DNA from: Spizellomyces punctatus DAOM BR117
Lineage: Eukaryota
Strand: one strand, 5' to 3'
Assembly (NCBI GenBank): GCA_000182565.2
Contig: KQ257464.1
DNA length: 64,000 bases
How positions within the stretch are numbered: position 1 is the first letter of the stretch; every line of letters begins with the position of its first letter. The position numbers and the translations under genes are program-made. Below, one piece after another: positions 26,126 to 38,424 of the stretch. Below the pieces are notes generated by a model. The model worked only from the letters and a program-made list of their open reading frames with translations. It did no database searches and was not told the DNA's origin.

Positions 26126-27979
26126 CTAGGTACTGGCCTGGACGGGTGCTGCTGGTGCAAAGGGGGTTCTTGGTCCCGCGTTGAAAAACTTGTCCACTAT
26201 CTCCTGCGTGAGGGTTTTCCGGCGCTAAATAAAACAAACATAATCAGCCCTTTGGAATGCGCCCAGCCAGTCCACTCATCTATGTACTCACATCCTGCAT
26301 GTCTTTGACCAAGGCAGAGACAACCGCTATACAACGTTGCTTAAGTTCGCCTGTCAGCATCTCTCCGCTCTTGTACTTGGCCTCTATATCTGCAAGTTCC
26401 TCGTCATCCTCTAGGAAGAATCGGAGGTATTGGAAGCTAACATCTACATCTGGGTTCCCTCCAAACTTTCTCTGTTCCTCTAGGGTCGCAGCACCTCCAG
26501 AAAACGCATACTTGTTGATTTTGTTCTTGATCTGTGCAGGGGTATCGGTGAGGTAAATGGCCGAGTTCGGGTTAGAGGCGGACATTTTGCTACCCGGTCC
26601 CTGCATGTATCTATGTATTAGAAACGTAATCTCAATGAAACTACGCTGATTAAATACACACCTGAAGAGCGGGGAAGAACATGGCATGGATCAAGGCAGG
26701 TTTGGGATATTTTAGTCGATTCGCGACGTCACGGGTTAATCGAAAGTACGGGTCCTGATCGATGGCACACGGAATCAAACAGGGGATGTCGCCCTTTGGA
26801 CCAAAGATTTGTGGGAAGGAGTTGGAGAAAGATGGAGCCGCTTGGACGGAGACAAAGTGAACTTTGCCGACGTTGTCACTGGATACGTGGCTATCCGTTA
26901 CAAAAGACCCGTCATACTTGACAATGACTAAGTCCCTACGCACCTGTCATTGAATCCAAAGGTTGCTTTTGACACGGATGTGGTGATGCACTTTGCAATC
27001 TTTACAACATTCTGATAAAACCCGGCGCTACGGACGAAAAGGAAGTCAGACATTGAGTCCTAACTTGCACAACGCTATCAGTTCCTTACTTCATGTAGTT
27101 CAAGTTTGAAAAAATTAGAGTCTTCTCGGGATCGAAACCAAAAGCCATGATATCCTTGGCATTTTCCAATGAATATTTCAAAGCGTCGGCCATCTTTAAT
27201 TCTTGTTTGAACAAAAACTTTTCGTCATCGGTAAGCTGGATCACCAATGGACATTGGAATACATCCTGTAACCACCTGATAAGCGCAAATGTACCCTTTA
27301 GCAGAAAGTACAATTGAAACAATCACTTGCAAGAAGCTTACTTGCAGAAAATGAAGGGGACCATGTGTCCAACGTGCATGCTACCACTACTAGGCCCACG
27401 TCCAGTGTAAAGATAAAATGGCTTGCCTTTTTCATATCGGTCAAGTAACTGCGTCAGATCTCTATTGAGGGCAAAGAAGGAAAGACGATGTGATGGTCAA
27501 TAATGATCCTATAGCGCTTTTGAAAATAGCCAGTGATCTTCGTGACTCCCGGAGCCAAAGATAGACGAGATCTTTCAATTTCGTTCAGTCTTTGGAAATG
27601 CCTCGATACTCCAAACCATCCATATCAAGCTCTTCAAGAGTGATATACATCGCTGCCTTTGCCCCTGCTTCCAAACAGAACAGAAAATCTCGGTGCATTA
27701 CCTGTGAGAAAAGAACAGTCCTCGCCTCAAGAAAGGATGAGGTTTACGCCCCGTCAACCGTTCCAGCCTCTCCAACAGCGGCTCGTCAATCCGGCGTGTG
27801 CCAAACTGTTCAATCAGCTTATTGTAGTCGATCGCAACCAACTTGCCGTCGACTTGGGCTCCTTGGACTTCCCAAGGCGTTACGACCTGCTCGTGCGAGC
27901 TTTCTTCGACAGTACCGTCCTCCTTTTTGGGAGCAGGTTGCGCGATAGGTGCACCGCTATCTGTGGCTGGGTTCGTCAT
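26126..27979 (-). CDS. WRS1: Cytoplasmic tryptophanyl-tRNA synthetase
   Basis: [43 protein letters not shown] and KYAFSGG. Confidence 0.95.
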
Positions 27980-28450
27980 GGTTCGGTGGGTCTATCCAGC
28001 GGTGGACGGCAAAAGGATCGGTCAAAGTGGGGGTCAAGCAGCGGAGGAGTTTTCGAACTTCAGTATCGACTGTGCCTCGCTTTTGGCACAGTGACTTTCA
28101 TCTATCGTGACTGCGGATCTACACACCAAGCATTCCGACTTGGAGCTCGTCCATCTCGCCCATTGCTATTACCAACTCGTCCGCTGACCATTTTTACCCT
28201 CCTCCCGCCGCTGCTCGACTCCTCATCATAACGGTAAGTGCTGCTGGCATGATCTGCAAGAACCTCGCGTGGGCGGGACAACATTGAACCTGACTAGCCT
28301 GAAGTTGCTCGGCGACGAAATTCCGCCGGCGACCCGCCCGCTTGACGATACCTCAATAATGGGCCCTGATAAATTTCATTTGTTTATTAGTAAACATCAT
28401 TGCCTGTCAACTGGTCAACTAGTACAGAAAAATTACGCTCATGTACTCAA

Positions 28451-30923
28451 ATGTCTTCTGAGGATTATGGTATAAAAACTGAAACCTCTTTAGTGGAATA
28501 TGCGCTCGAAATTGATACGGATGCATATTTGTTGACGTCTATCAGAGCGTACACGCACCCGGGTTTTGGCGAGCATACTAGTCGTCTTTTTGCTCGCGAC
28601 GCCAATATGGTGGCGAACAACTGAAGTGTATCGAGCACCTCTACCCGTTGAGGACATTCGGGCGTGGAAGGAGGACAAGGTCGGGATACGCAGTGTGGCC
28701 TTGCTAAAGTGTCCATTGGACTGATGTTGACGTGCAATGATGTACACTAGACTTTCCATCGAACATTGACTTTGAATGTCGACGTGGCGTTTTACGATCA
28801 CACTGGCGATGGCTCGATACCCACGGCCGGAAAGCTTTTGGAACTCTCAGAAAAGTTGGAGGCTGATCTCAACGAACTCTATGGGACCGCCGAGAGGGGA
28901 CGAGCAGTGAGACATCAGGGAGACGTGGAGGAGTCTGTACCTGGAGAGCTGTTTGCAGATGTAAAGCTTTGGTTTCGTATTAGTGGTGGACTAGGTAGTA
29001 AATACTGGGAACGTGGGCAAAGACCAAAAGGTGAGATGACGAGATTTGTGCGCCAAGGCAACTGTACTAAGCAGACCTTTCCTGCATCAGATGTCGCAGC
29101 AAAGGGCGATTCATGGTCGGCATCGTCGCTGAACGGACACTACAAAGTCCATGTAGCATGCACTCCGCCAGAAGCGGGCAAACAGACAAATATTTACGTT
29201 AGTTCAAAGAGGGCGGTTTTTGTCGAGTTACCCGGCGAATGCGTCGACGATGGTAACGTTGTTTGACTTACAAACATGCTCCGTACCAGTATGCGCTAAC
29301 GTTCTGCGGTATTCAGTCAGAGTATCCAATACACTCTTGTCGGTGATAGGTGGTCTCTTTGCCGATGAGCAGACAAACTACCTGAAAATGACGGAGCAAA
29401 AGGGAGAGGCAGCAAACGTATGTACTCCAGAAAGTGTTGCATGAACACCAAGTGCCTGGGCTCATTTATGATTTGACCCGTTCGTAGACGGATTGGGAGA
29501 GTATGAGAACAATGAAATATGCGTCAAAGTATCAAGTCACTTTTAGCTTACTGAATGCGGATCCGTCCGAAGTGCTTGTGAGTTGGGATATTCAGGAAGC
29601 TGTCAATGGTATGTTGCATGCTGCGTATGGACTTGCAGACCGTCCGTTGATGTTTGCGATCAGCGTATATTTTGCCGTTCTTTTCTCAGCTGTCGGAGCT
29701 GTCGGAATTTGCGGTTGATTCCCAGGTAACAAGCTCATACCGGACCGAAATCTATTGAGAAAGTTTTGGAGTAAGGATTTAAATACCAATGTTTTCTGGC
29801 AATGTAGGTGCAGAATTACGCAGCCCTTCCCATTCAATCGCAGTCGATTGAAAAAGATGGACGCACCGTACATGTCCTTCGCCCAGAGGCGCTTCCACAT
29901 TTTATCAATTCCGCCGAATGGAATTTGGGTGGGTGCTTCACATTTCAGTTTATTTCTCAATACCGCAGGCAAACCTGATCAATATTTGCTCTCTTACAGC
30001 ATCGGTCGTGTCGTCCGCACCACCGCTAAACTTTGTTCTCTACATTCCGCCACAATCACAGAGCCCCCTCCACGTTGTCACTTCCAAGAACGACGTGTTG
30101 GATACGAACGCATTTCTCATTCCTCGATGGGGCGGGGTTGTTATTTCAAACGCTAAAGAGATTGGAGTGCGGCATTTCAGTGTTGATGACTTGCATCCAA
30201 TTATGGAAGTGTATGTCGCGCAATTGAGGGATCTCTTGGGTGTCAAGCATATTCGCATACGCAATGTGGAGACACTATTGGTATGTTGCAGATGCATTTT
30301 TTTTATTCACCCTTACGGTATTGACGGTTGTCGGCAAGCCCAAAGCTCAGGTCACGTATGAAACGGCACCCGATGCTGGCATCACGTTATGGGAATTAGA
30401 TCAACTCGTCCGCAGGAGGACGGTGCAAAATATCGTCGATGCTGTGACTACACTTAATTCTTTGGCGACGTTAATTACCAATCTGGAAAGCATGGTTGTC
30501 TTGGACGATATTCAAAACCAGGTAAAAATCTGAATAAACATTTTTGCATGAAATCATTTTTTTGATCTAAAATGAATTATAAAAAGGTCTTGTATGCATT
30601 GGACGCGCTCCATCAGGTAAAAGAAGATTCATTTCCTACAGGCGATGAAATAAATTGACCAAACAACTTGCCAGGCACGACTTGCATTAGAGGCCAATGA
30701 CTTTTCTTTGGCGTCTCAGCACGCAAGGGATGCCTTTGTTTCTTCTGAAGCGGCCTTTTTTGATCCGACCATGGTGTCCATGTTGTATTTCCCTGACGAG
30801 CACAAGTACGCTGTGTACATGCCGCTCTTTGTTCCGATATCGGTTCCGCTTCTCATTGCGGTCATTAGGGAGATTAAGGGATGGAAGAATAGAAAGAAGA
30901 GAATAAAGCAAAAGGAGGAATAA
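28451..30923 (+). CDS. GPI17: GPI transamidase subunit PIG-S/Gpi17
   Basis: PIWWRTTEVYRAPLP, NAFLIPRWGGVVI and AFFDPTMVSMLYFPDEHKYAVYMPLF. Confidence 0.9.
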
Positions 30924-31726
30924 TGTGAAAGCATAGGAATATTACTTTTGACACTTGCGCAAATATTGTACATTGGCACATTGGAAGGTGGCCAACTCTT
31001 TCACTATCATAATTTCTATCAACGGTCTGAGATAAAATGTCTTTTGCCCTAGTATTCACAGCTCCAGGGGACTCACCGCCAGTCGTTGCTTTGAACGCGA
31101 GCCCTGGACACCAAAAGGACACATTATACCTGACCCTGTAAGTCTAATGATCACTACCACCAGTCAAACGTAAAAGAGGATATGCTTTTGACTTGTCGTA
31201 ATAAAACGCACCTAGCAATGGTCAACTATGCTTGTTCTCGACCAAAATCTCTAAAAAAAAAAAAAAATAAATACTAATCAAAACTCCCCCAACAGTTAAC
31301 TTGAAAACAGTGGCTCTAAAAGGGTTTGTCGCCTTCCCTTCTGACGGTCGAATAACGTTTCAACGCCTGAATGGCACAGTCATGCAATTAAAGATATGGT
31401 GACTGTGCCTGTGATAGTCCACCATGGTGCGTTCAAAGGTTGGGCGGCTGGTTGAGCGTTGTGGTTTTGGGTGGTGAGGATGCCACTTGGGCATTTCCTT
31501 TTGGTCTGGGCTCTCCCGACTTGAGAATTTCATCCATTTCACAAACTGCCCCAACAAACCAAGTATTCCCTTTTTTTTTTTTAGTAAAGCCTTCGGTCTC
31601 GGCTTTCAACGTTGAAGTTCCATTTGTCACCTCCTTTTTGCCGCCGCCCTTTTTTCCCTGTTCGCAGGCGGTCCTCCACCCACCCAAAAAGACGTTGACC
31701 GTTTTTTTTTTAAAAAAAAGTTTATC

Positions 31727-33566
31727 ATGAACTCTCAGCGCAGTGCTCCTGGAAATTATACAATACAGAACTTGTTCGGCACCGACTCGGACACTGAGAC
31801 TGACGACTCCATCACTTCAGAGTCCGAGCTCGAAGACCGAACAACTGACGAGGATAGTATGGACGCGCATGGAGATACCGTTGGGTTTAGTGGTGAACAT
31901 GCGTGGGAAGGTGGTGCTCGGACCTCTACGTCTGCGTCCATGACGGCTGTGACGTCTGCGCTGCAAGAAACTGTGGAAGATGCAGAGACGATCGCTCACC
32001 AACAGGACTTGCGAAAGCGGATTATGGCTATTCAGTCGAATGACGGGTTTTCGGCTATGGAAAAGGCAAAAAAGATACAGGTAAATATGCTGTGATGGTT
32101 TCCATGAGTGGTCCAGTACACAGCGTCATGTCGTTCGATGGACGACTCAAACTGAGACATGGCTGTGACTGCGGACTCCCCGGATTTTTGACAAGAACCC
32201 TATCTGTCAGACACTCATACTTACGTTGCTTTTACAGGAACTAATGACCAGTAACTGGAACACAACACAACGATCACAAAGCAGTCGAGCAGCCCTCGCC
32301 AGCAACAAATTAGAACATAGACGCGCGGATTTCAGTGTCGTGACAGATCACGACAAACAACGAACATATCATGTAAAAGAGTGAAACAGTCATGTTGCTT
32401 GTGGTATGGCCAAACACTCACACCATTGCAATAGGACAAGGACGCCCTGATATTAGGATGCAAGCACTATCAACGAGCTGCAAAACTACAGGCGCATTGT
32501 TGTGGGAAATGGTACACGTGCCGATTCTGCCACGACGAGGTATCAGATCATAACATTGTCAGGTACGACGCTGGTTCCTTTGCATGACAATATGGCGATC
32601 ACGTCCAACTGACAGAAACCCATTATAGAAATCTGACGTCGACCATGATGTGCATGTACTGCTCCACCGTCCAGCCCGCGGGCCGGGACTGCGCAAACGT
32701 TCGGTGCGGAAAACGGGTCGCAAAGTACTACTGCCCCGAATGCAAACTCTGGGACGATGACCCGCGCAAAAACATTTACCACTGTCATGATTGTGGGATA
32801 TGTCGAATTGGGAAGGGACTCGGACAGGATTACTTTCATTGCAAGCGATGCAACGTGTGTATGGCCATCAGTTTGAAGGGCAATCACAAGTGCATTGAAA
32901 GGAACTTGGAGAGTGATTGTCCGATTTGTGGAGAATACATGTTTACCAGCACGACTACAGTTATTTTTATGGTACTGCCTTTTGTCGAATTTTTGTTTCG
33001 GTTACGGTATGGATGACTAACGACACTTTTAGCCCTGCGGACATTGCATACACTACAAATGCCACCAAGAATATATCCAAACCTCCTACCAATGTCCAAC
33101 CTGTTTCAAATCCCTCGCCAACATGTCCGAATACTTTAAACGCATAGACGCCATGCTCGCCCAACACCAAATGCCCCCTGAATACGCAACAACACGAAGC
33201 CATGTCTATTGTAACGATTGTGAGAACAAGAGTTTTGCAAAGTTTCATTTCCTGTATCACAAGTGTGGGAAATGCGGGGGGTATAATACCAAGGTACTGC
33301 GAACGTGTCAGGCAGGGGAGGAGGATCTGATTCTGGGGAAACAGGTTGGTGTTGGGGGTGTGGTAGCGGCTGCGGAAGGGGGTGCTGGGGAGGACAGTGG
33401 TGGTGGGGGTGAAGCGGGTGGACTTGTTACTTCTCAGTTTGATATATCACCACCATTTTTTAGTGAAGATCAAATGGACGTTGAGCAGCGGAGGGGGAGT
33501 TTGGCGGTGGAAGGAGGGGATGGGGCTCCCATGGTTGCTGGGAATGGGTATGAGCAGAATCACTAG
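31727..33566 (+). CDS. RCHY1: CHY zinc finger/RING-H2 E3 ligase (Pirh2/RCHY1)
   Basis: GCKHYQR...CRFCHD (CHY), CICRIG (CTCHY), CPICGE...CGH (RING-H2) and CNDC...FHFLYHKC zinc ribbon. Confidence 0.9.
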
Positions 33567-33740
33567 ACTAGTAAACGAAATCCGCAAAAAGACACAAGAA
33601 AAGCAAAACTCCCATGTCATCCGTTTTATGTATAAACCAATTTTTTTAAGCGAACCCCCAAAACTTTTTGTTTCTCCTTTAACACTTTGGCACGACACTT
33701 TTACACTGACCAACGATTAAAGAAAACATTCACATTACAT

Positions 33741-33761
33741 CAACAACAACAACAACAACAA
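33741..33761. repeat. (CAA)7 microsatellite
   Basis: Direct reading of caacaacaacaacaacaacaa. Confidence 0.9.
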
Positions 33762-34035
33762 AAGGTATCACTACATGTAACAGCAATAACAAATGGGACA
33801 ATCTCTCAAAAAACTCCACCACCAGACAGACTATATACATCAACATCCAGCCCAGGATTGTTCCCAAAAAAAAAAAGCGAGTGTTGCGGGGGCAAACGCA
33901 AAAAGATGCGCAGAGAAAGAAAGGGGGGAAAGGGTGGTAGAGAGTATGGGAAGGGAAACAGAAAAAGAAAATACATACAAAAAAGGAATTCATAAAAGGC
34001 TCAAGGCTTTTTTTCTAGTGGGGTTTGGTGATTTG

Positions 34036-35530
34036 TCAGGTTTCGGCACTAGCAGCCAACGTACTCTGCGAATCATCCATCAAAGCGCCTAAAAGAAAAC
34101 ACCAACAAACATTAAAAACCCACACATGTACAAAACAAGCAACATTTTCCAACTTACGAAAAAACCGATGCCCCATAGCTTCTCTCGCCGTCAACCGCTC
34201 AGCATGATCATACCTCAACAACCTCTCAATCAAATCCAATGCAGGTTCCATAGCCAATTCATGACACGTCCAAGAAACGGTCGTATACTCTTTTAATGCA
34301 GCCCGTTTATGTCTGGATTCACGTACAATGGGTGCGATTTCGGGGACGAGGGGGATAGAGTATTTACGGATATAGGAACGGAGGTCGGATCCTCCGAGGA
34401 CGTTGACGATTGTGCGGAGTTGGTCTGTGTCGTTGTCGCCTCGGAAAAAGACTTCTATGCGAAAAATCTTTTGGGGTGTTAGTCAGTGGATTGATAAAAT
34501 GTAGGTTGATGTTTTCACGTACCATTCCGGCTAGGACGCACCCAACACTCCACATATCAAAGGAATAGTCGTATTGTCGGTATCCGAGGAGGATTTCAGG
34601 GGGTTTGTAGTATCGGGATGCTACGCGGAGGTTGTATTCCTTGTGGGGAAAGTAAAAGTCTGCTAGACCCCAGTCAATGAGACGGAGCTATAAAATATTG
34701 TCAATACATGTGTGTGTGCGTTAAAGTAACGGCTTTGTTTGGTGCTTTTTTTACCTGGCGGGTTGCATGGTCAATCATGATATTGTGGGGTTTGACATCT
34801 CGATGCATGATTCCCCTCGAGTGAGCATAATCGAGCGCCTAAAAAGTGTTTGAATGGAGTGCACCCCTCAAACTCTTTGCTACAATCATAAATTCCTACC
34901 CGCAAGAGCTGGAACATGTAATGCCGAACATCATCATACGAAAAAGTTGGATACAGGTCCTTCCAGTTGGTATTATTGATGTATTTGAAAATGAGTGCGG
35001 GTTCCTTTGTCTGGGATGATGAGAACATGGTATTTCATAAACCAAAACCATAATTTTCGGATACTCACCTCCCGATCTACAAAACACCCATAAAACTCAA
35101 TGACATTCGGTCCACCCCGTAAATTCTCCAATACCAAAATCTCCCGTTTGAATTTCTTTGTTCGGAGGGGTTTGAGGTACTTTATAACCACGACTTTCCC
35201 ATCTTTGCGGACAGCTCGGTAGACATTCGAGTACTTGCCCCGTCCAACCAAGTCCCGCCTCATATAGCCCGACCCATCAACCCACCGTACATCCGAGGAC
35301 TCCCAATCCGAGTACTCGATAGGGAGTTTTTCATTGACGGTTGCGTAGGTTCTTGCAATGGAGGTGCTTACGGGGAGGACCGGTGCCGAGGCGGCGCGTT
35401 GGACGGGTTGGGGTGGACGGTGGGCGGTACGCCAGGGTGATGAGGTGTCTTTGGGGGACGGTGTCTGGGACGTGGAGGGTGTGGAATGGAAGAGATGGGA
35501 CGCGAGTTTGGATATGAGGTCGGCCAACAT
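34036..35530 (-). CDS. Divergent casein kinase 2 alpha-like protein kinase
   Basis: [27 protein letters not shown], the CK2-diagnostic [16 protein letters not shown] and RLTAREAM. Start at MLADLISK is inferred. Confidence 0.85.
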
Positions 35531-37374
35531 GTCTTTTGTGTGTTGAACCGCTACCAATGTCGTAGGCTTTATGTGTGTGTTGTGGCGGACGGAGAGGGAC
35601 GGTGGAGAAAGGAGCGTTGCAAATAGAACAAAAACAAAAAGCGCTCCAAAAACAAGGTGCAAAGCAATGGTGGTCAAATACCACTCGAGTATAAAACGTT
35701 TTACAAAAGGGCAATAAAACAATCCACAAAAACACAAAAGAAAATACAACACAAAAAGGTTCCAAAAGGCCCTTGTCGACAAGCCAACACCCCGTCAGGT
35801 TAACCAAAAAAAAAAAAGGAAAACGCCCACAGAATAACACCCCTCCAAAAAAGCTCGCCCCCAAAAAAGCACACTTGTAAAAAGCCCCAACGATACGGTT
35901 GCGCGAAACGGGCAAGGCGGTTCATAACCCTCGTGACCCCCTTCCCCCATTTCTTACCCTTCCGGTTTTGTTGATTTTGGGCAACAAGAACCTCCGATAA
36001 TGTGCAAAATACAATAGCAATACGAAAGGAACAACACATAAACAATGCAAAAGAGTAAATGAAAGGGTTCGGGAATAACCAAAGGAACAAAAAAAAAACA
36101 CACATGGAGAGAAGCAACGACAAGGAACGATGGATATTTGGCACGAGACCATCTCCCATTTGATAAAAAAAACGCCATATCCATTCAAAAAGTACACACA
36201 AGCGGGGCAATGCAACACTCCACACATTGGCAGGCAAAGCAAGCATTCGACCTTGTTCGAAACGGTTCAAGATACCCAACAATGAGCCCATCCTTTGCAT
36301 TATCCTGCAACGAAAGGCTTCCGGTAACGATGGCGTAGAAATGACACAAACGATAGTACCTGCGTTGAAAAGAAAAACCCAAAAAGCCATCTTTCGAACG
36401 TCTTGTTGATATATCCACGTGATGTACCAACAGCAGAACAAAAGTTACCGCGGCATAGGAAGAGAGAGACGATAACAAGAAAAAACCTCCGAAAAGGGCT
36501 ACTCAGCGATAAAAGCGGAGGGAAACATAAACAATTCTACCAAATGGTAGGTTCAAGAACCCCCCATATTCCAATATTACGGCTAGAAATGAATAGACAA
36601 GCTTTTTACAGATGCGTTCTAGATAGAGAATCTACACCAAACCGATCCATTCCCCAATCACCAGACCTCCGAGCAATGACATTTTACATTGACGAACCGC
36701 AACCCAAACCCAATGCACCATCAAATAGGTCCATGGTCCAGAGTCCCCTTCAAAAAGACAATGCCAGCATTGGGATTCCCAAATGAATGAAACGGGGCTC
36801 AGCAAAAAACATACGTAATGATAACCTTTCAACAACTTCAAGAAACGTACATTGTCTTCATTTCGGACAATGATTCCCATGTCGCTCTACACTTTTTTGC
36901 ACATGTCAAAATCCCTCAAAAGAAAACCACTTGAAAAGAATGAACCAGCGCTATTCTTTATTGTTTGAACCCTGATAATGCAAATCAAAGAAGGACGTAC
37001 CTGTTTAAGCCAAAATGACCTTTTTGGCAGATAACATTATCCACAACCCAAATTCTTGGTTAACAAACGTACTTAGTCCATTTAAAGTATTCAAGGTTTG
37101 CTGGGTATCCCTCAAAAGTTAAAACCGTAACCCAAAAAACCATGAATGTATTCAAAAAGTGGGTTGGCTAGGTTTGGGTGGCAATATGTTTGGGGAATAT
37201 GACGAGCAATGAGCAAAAAGACAACATACAAAAATACAAAGGTTGCTGATGACTTTCCAGAATGGGGAATGCAACTTGCAAAGCCTTGTTACTATTGATG
37301 GTACCATCGATTACCCACCCATGTGTTGATGTCGGGTGCTTTGGTCGATTAACGATTGTTTGCACCTGCTTTTC

Positions 37375-38075
37375 GCCATGAGAGAGTAGAACCAGCCTAG
37401 TTTCGCTTATTTACTGTCTTTGTCAATCTACACCTTTTCAGATTCCATTCATCCTTCAGGTCAAAAAGACGTAAACCTACCTTCATTGCGCCTTTTTAAC
37501 CAACAAACCTCAAAAAATCATTGACGGCAATTCAAACACAAAAACAACGTCCGAAAAGCTTTTACTGTGCTGGACCTTGTCGATCGTGTGTAGCTCCCGT
37601 TGAGTAGATACCCAAAATGCTGTCTAGTTCGCTTATCCATTCACAGTTCTTTTCACAGCAAATCCAGATCTTTTTCAAACTCCCATTCATCCTCCCGAAT
37701 ATACAAAAGGTACTCACTGATGTGTGCATGTGTGGGACTTGGGCGTGGTACCTGCCCACCCATCTTTCACCAATTCAGGTCTAGGCTTTTCATTTCAAAC
37801 TCTATTCATTCATCTCTCTCTCTCCGTTTTGCATCAAAAAGGCGTAATCTACCCACATTGCCTTTTACCACAAACCTCAAAAAAACAATGAAAAACAATG
37901 CAAACGGAAACTTACAAAATATGAAAACTTACATTTGTTGTTGTATTGTGCCCTCGCTTTCGCCATGAGAAGCACAAACCACCCTAGTTTGCGTATCTAC
38001 AGTCTTTTCACAGCAAATCCATATCTTTTTAAAGTTTCATTCATCCTCCAAAAGTGCGTCATCTACCTTGACGCT
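37375..38075. repeat. Three to four degenerate direct repeats in the CK2-PMCA intergenic region
   Basis: Shared blocks cgccatgaga, ctagtt(t)cgcttat, cttttcacagcaaatcca, cattcatcct and acaaacctcaaaaaa recur near 37375, 37624, 37780 and 37961. Confidence 0.7.
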
Positions 38076-38424
38076 TACCACAATCCTACACCGCCCTTCA
38101 CAAACTGCAAAAACAACATAAATATATCAAGAAATATTGAATAGACCAAAAACTCTCACTTGTAACTTTTATTATTTAAACAATAGAGATTCGAACATGC
38201 GCAGAAGAGCCATTCAAAACTTGTAGTAATTTTCAATAATTCATATTGCGCATACACGTGACACCTCAGCCCCACAAAAACCTAAAACTCCAAAAACTCT
38301 ACTTTGCCTCTTCTAAACAGAACAATCCGCCATCACAACAAAAAAAAACACACCTTTATTGAAATATAAAAACTAAACTCCCCTACAAAATTCCGCTTTT
38401 TCATTCTTTTCATACGCGGCACTT

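Noticed and set aside
32081-32237. Possible TPP riboswitch in the RCHY1 intron (contains CTGAGA)
   Set aside because: The downstream TPP core (ATACC...GAACYTGAT...TAAT) is absent and the host gene is unrelated to thiamine.
35531-36441. Hydrophobic Phe/Leu/Cys-rich minus-strand ORFs resembling membrane proteins or a TM extension of the kinase
   Set aside because: Explained by A-rich low-complexity DNA read as T-rich codons. No family motifs.
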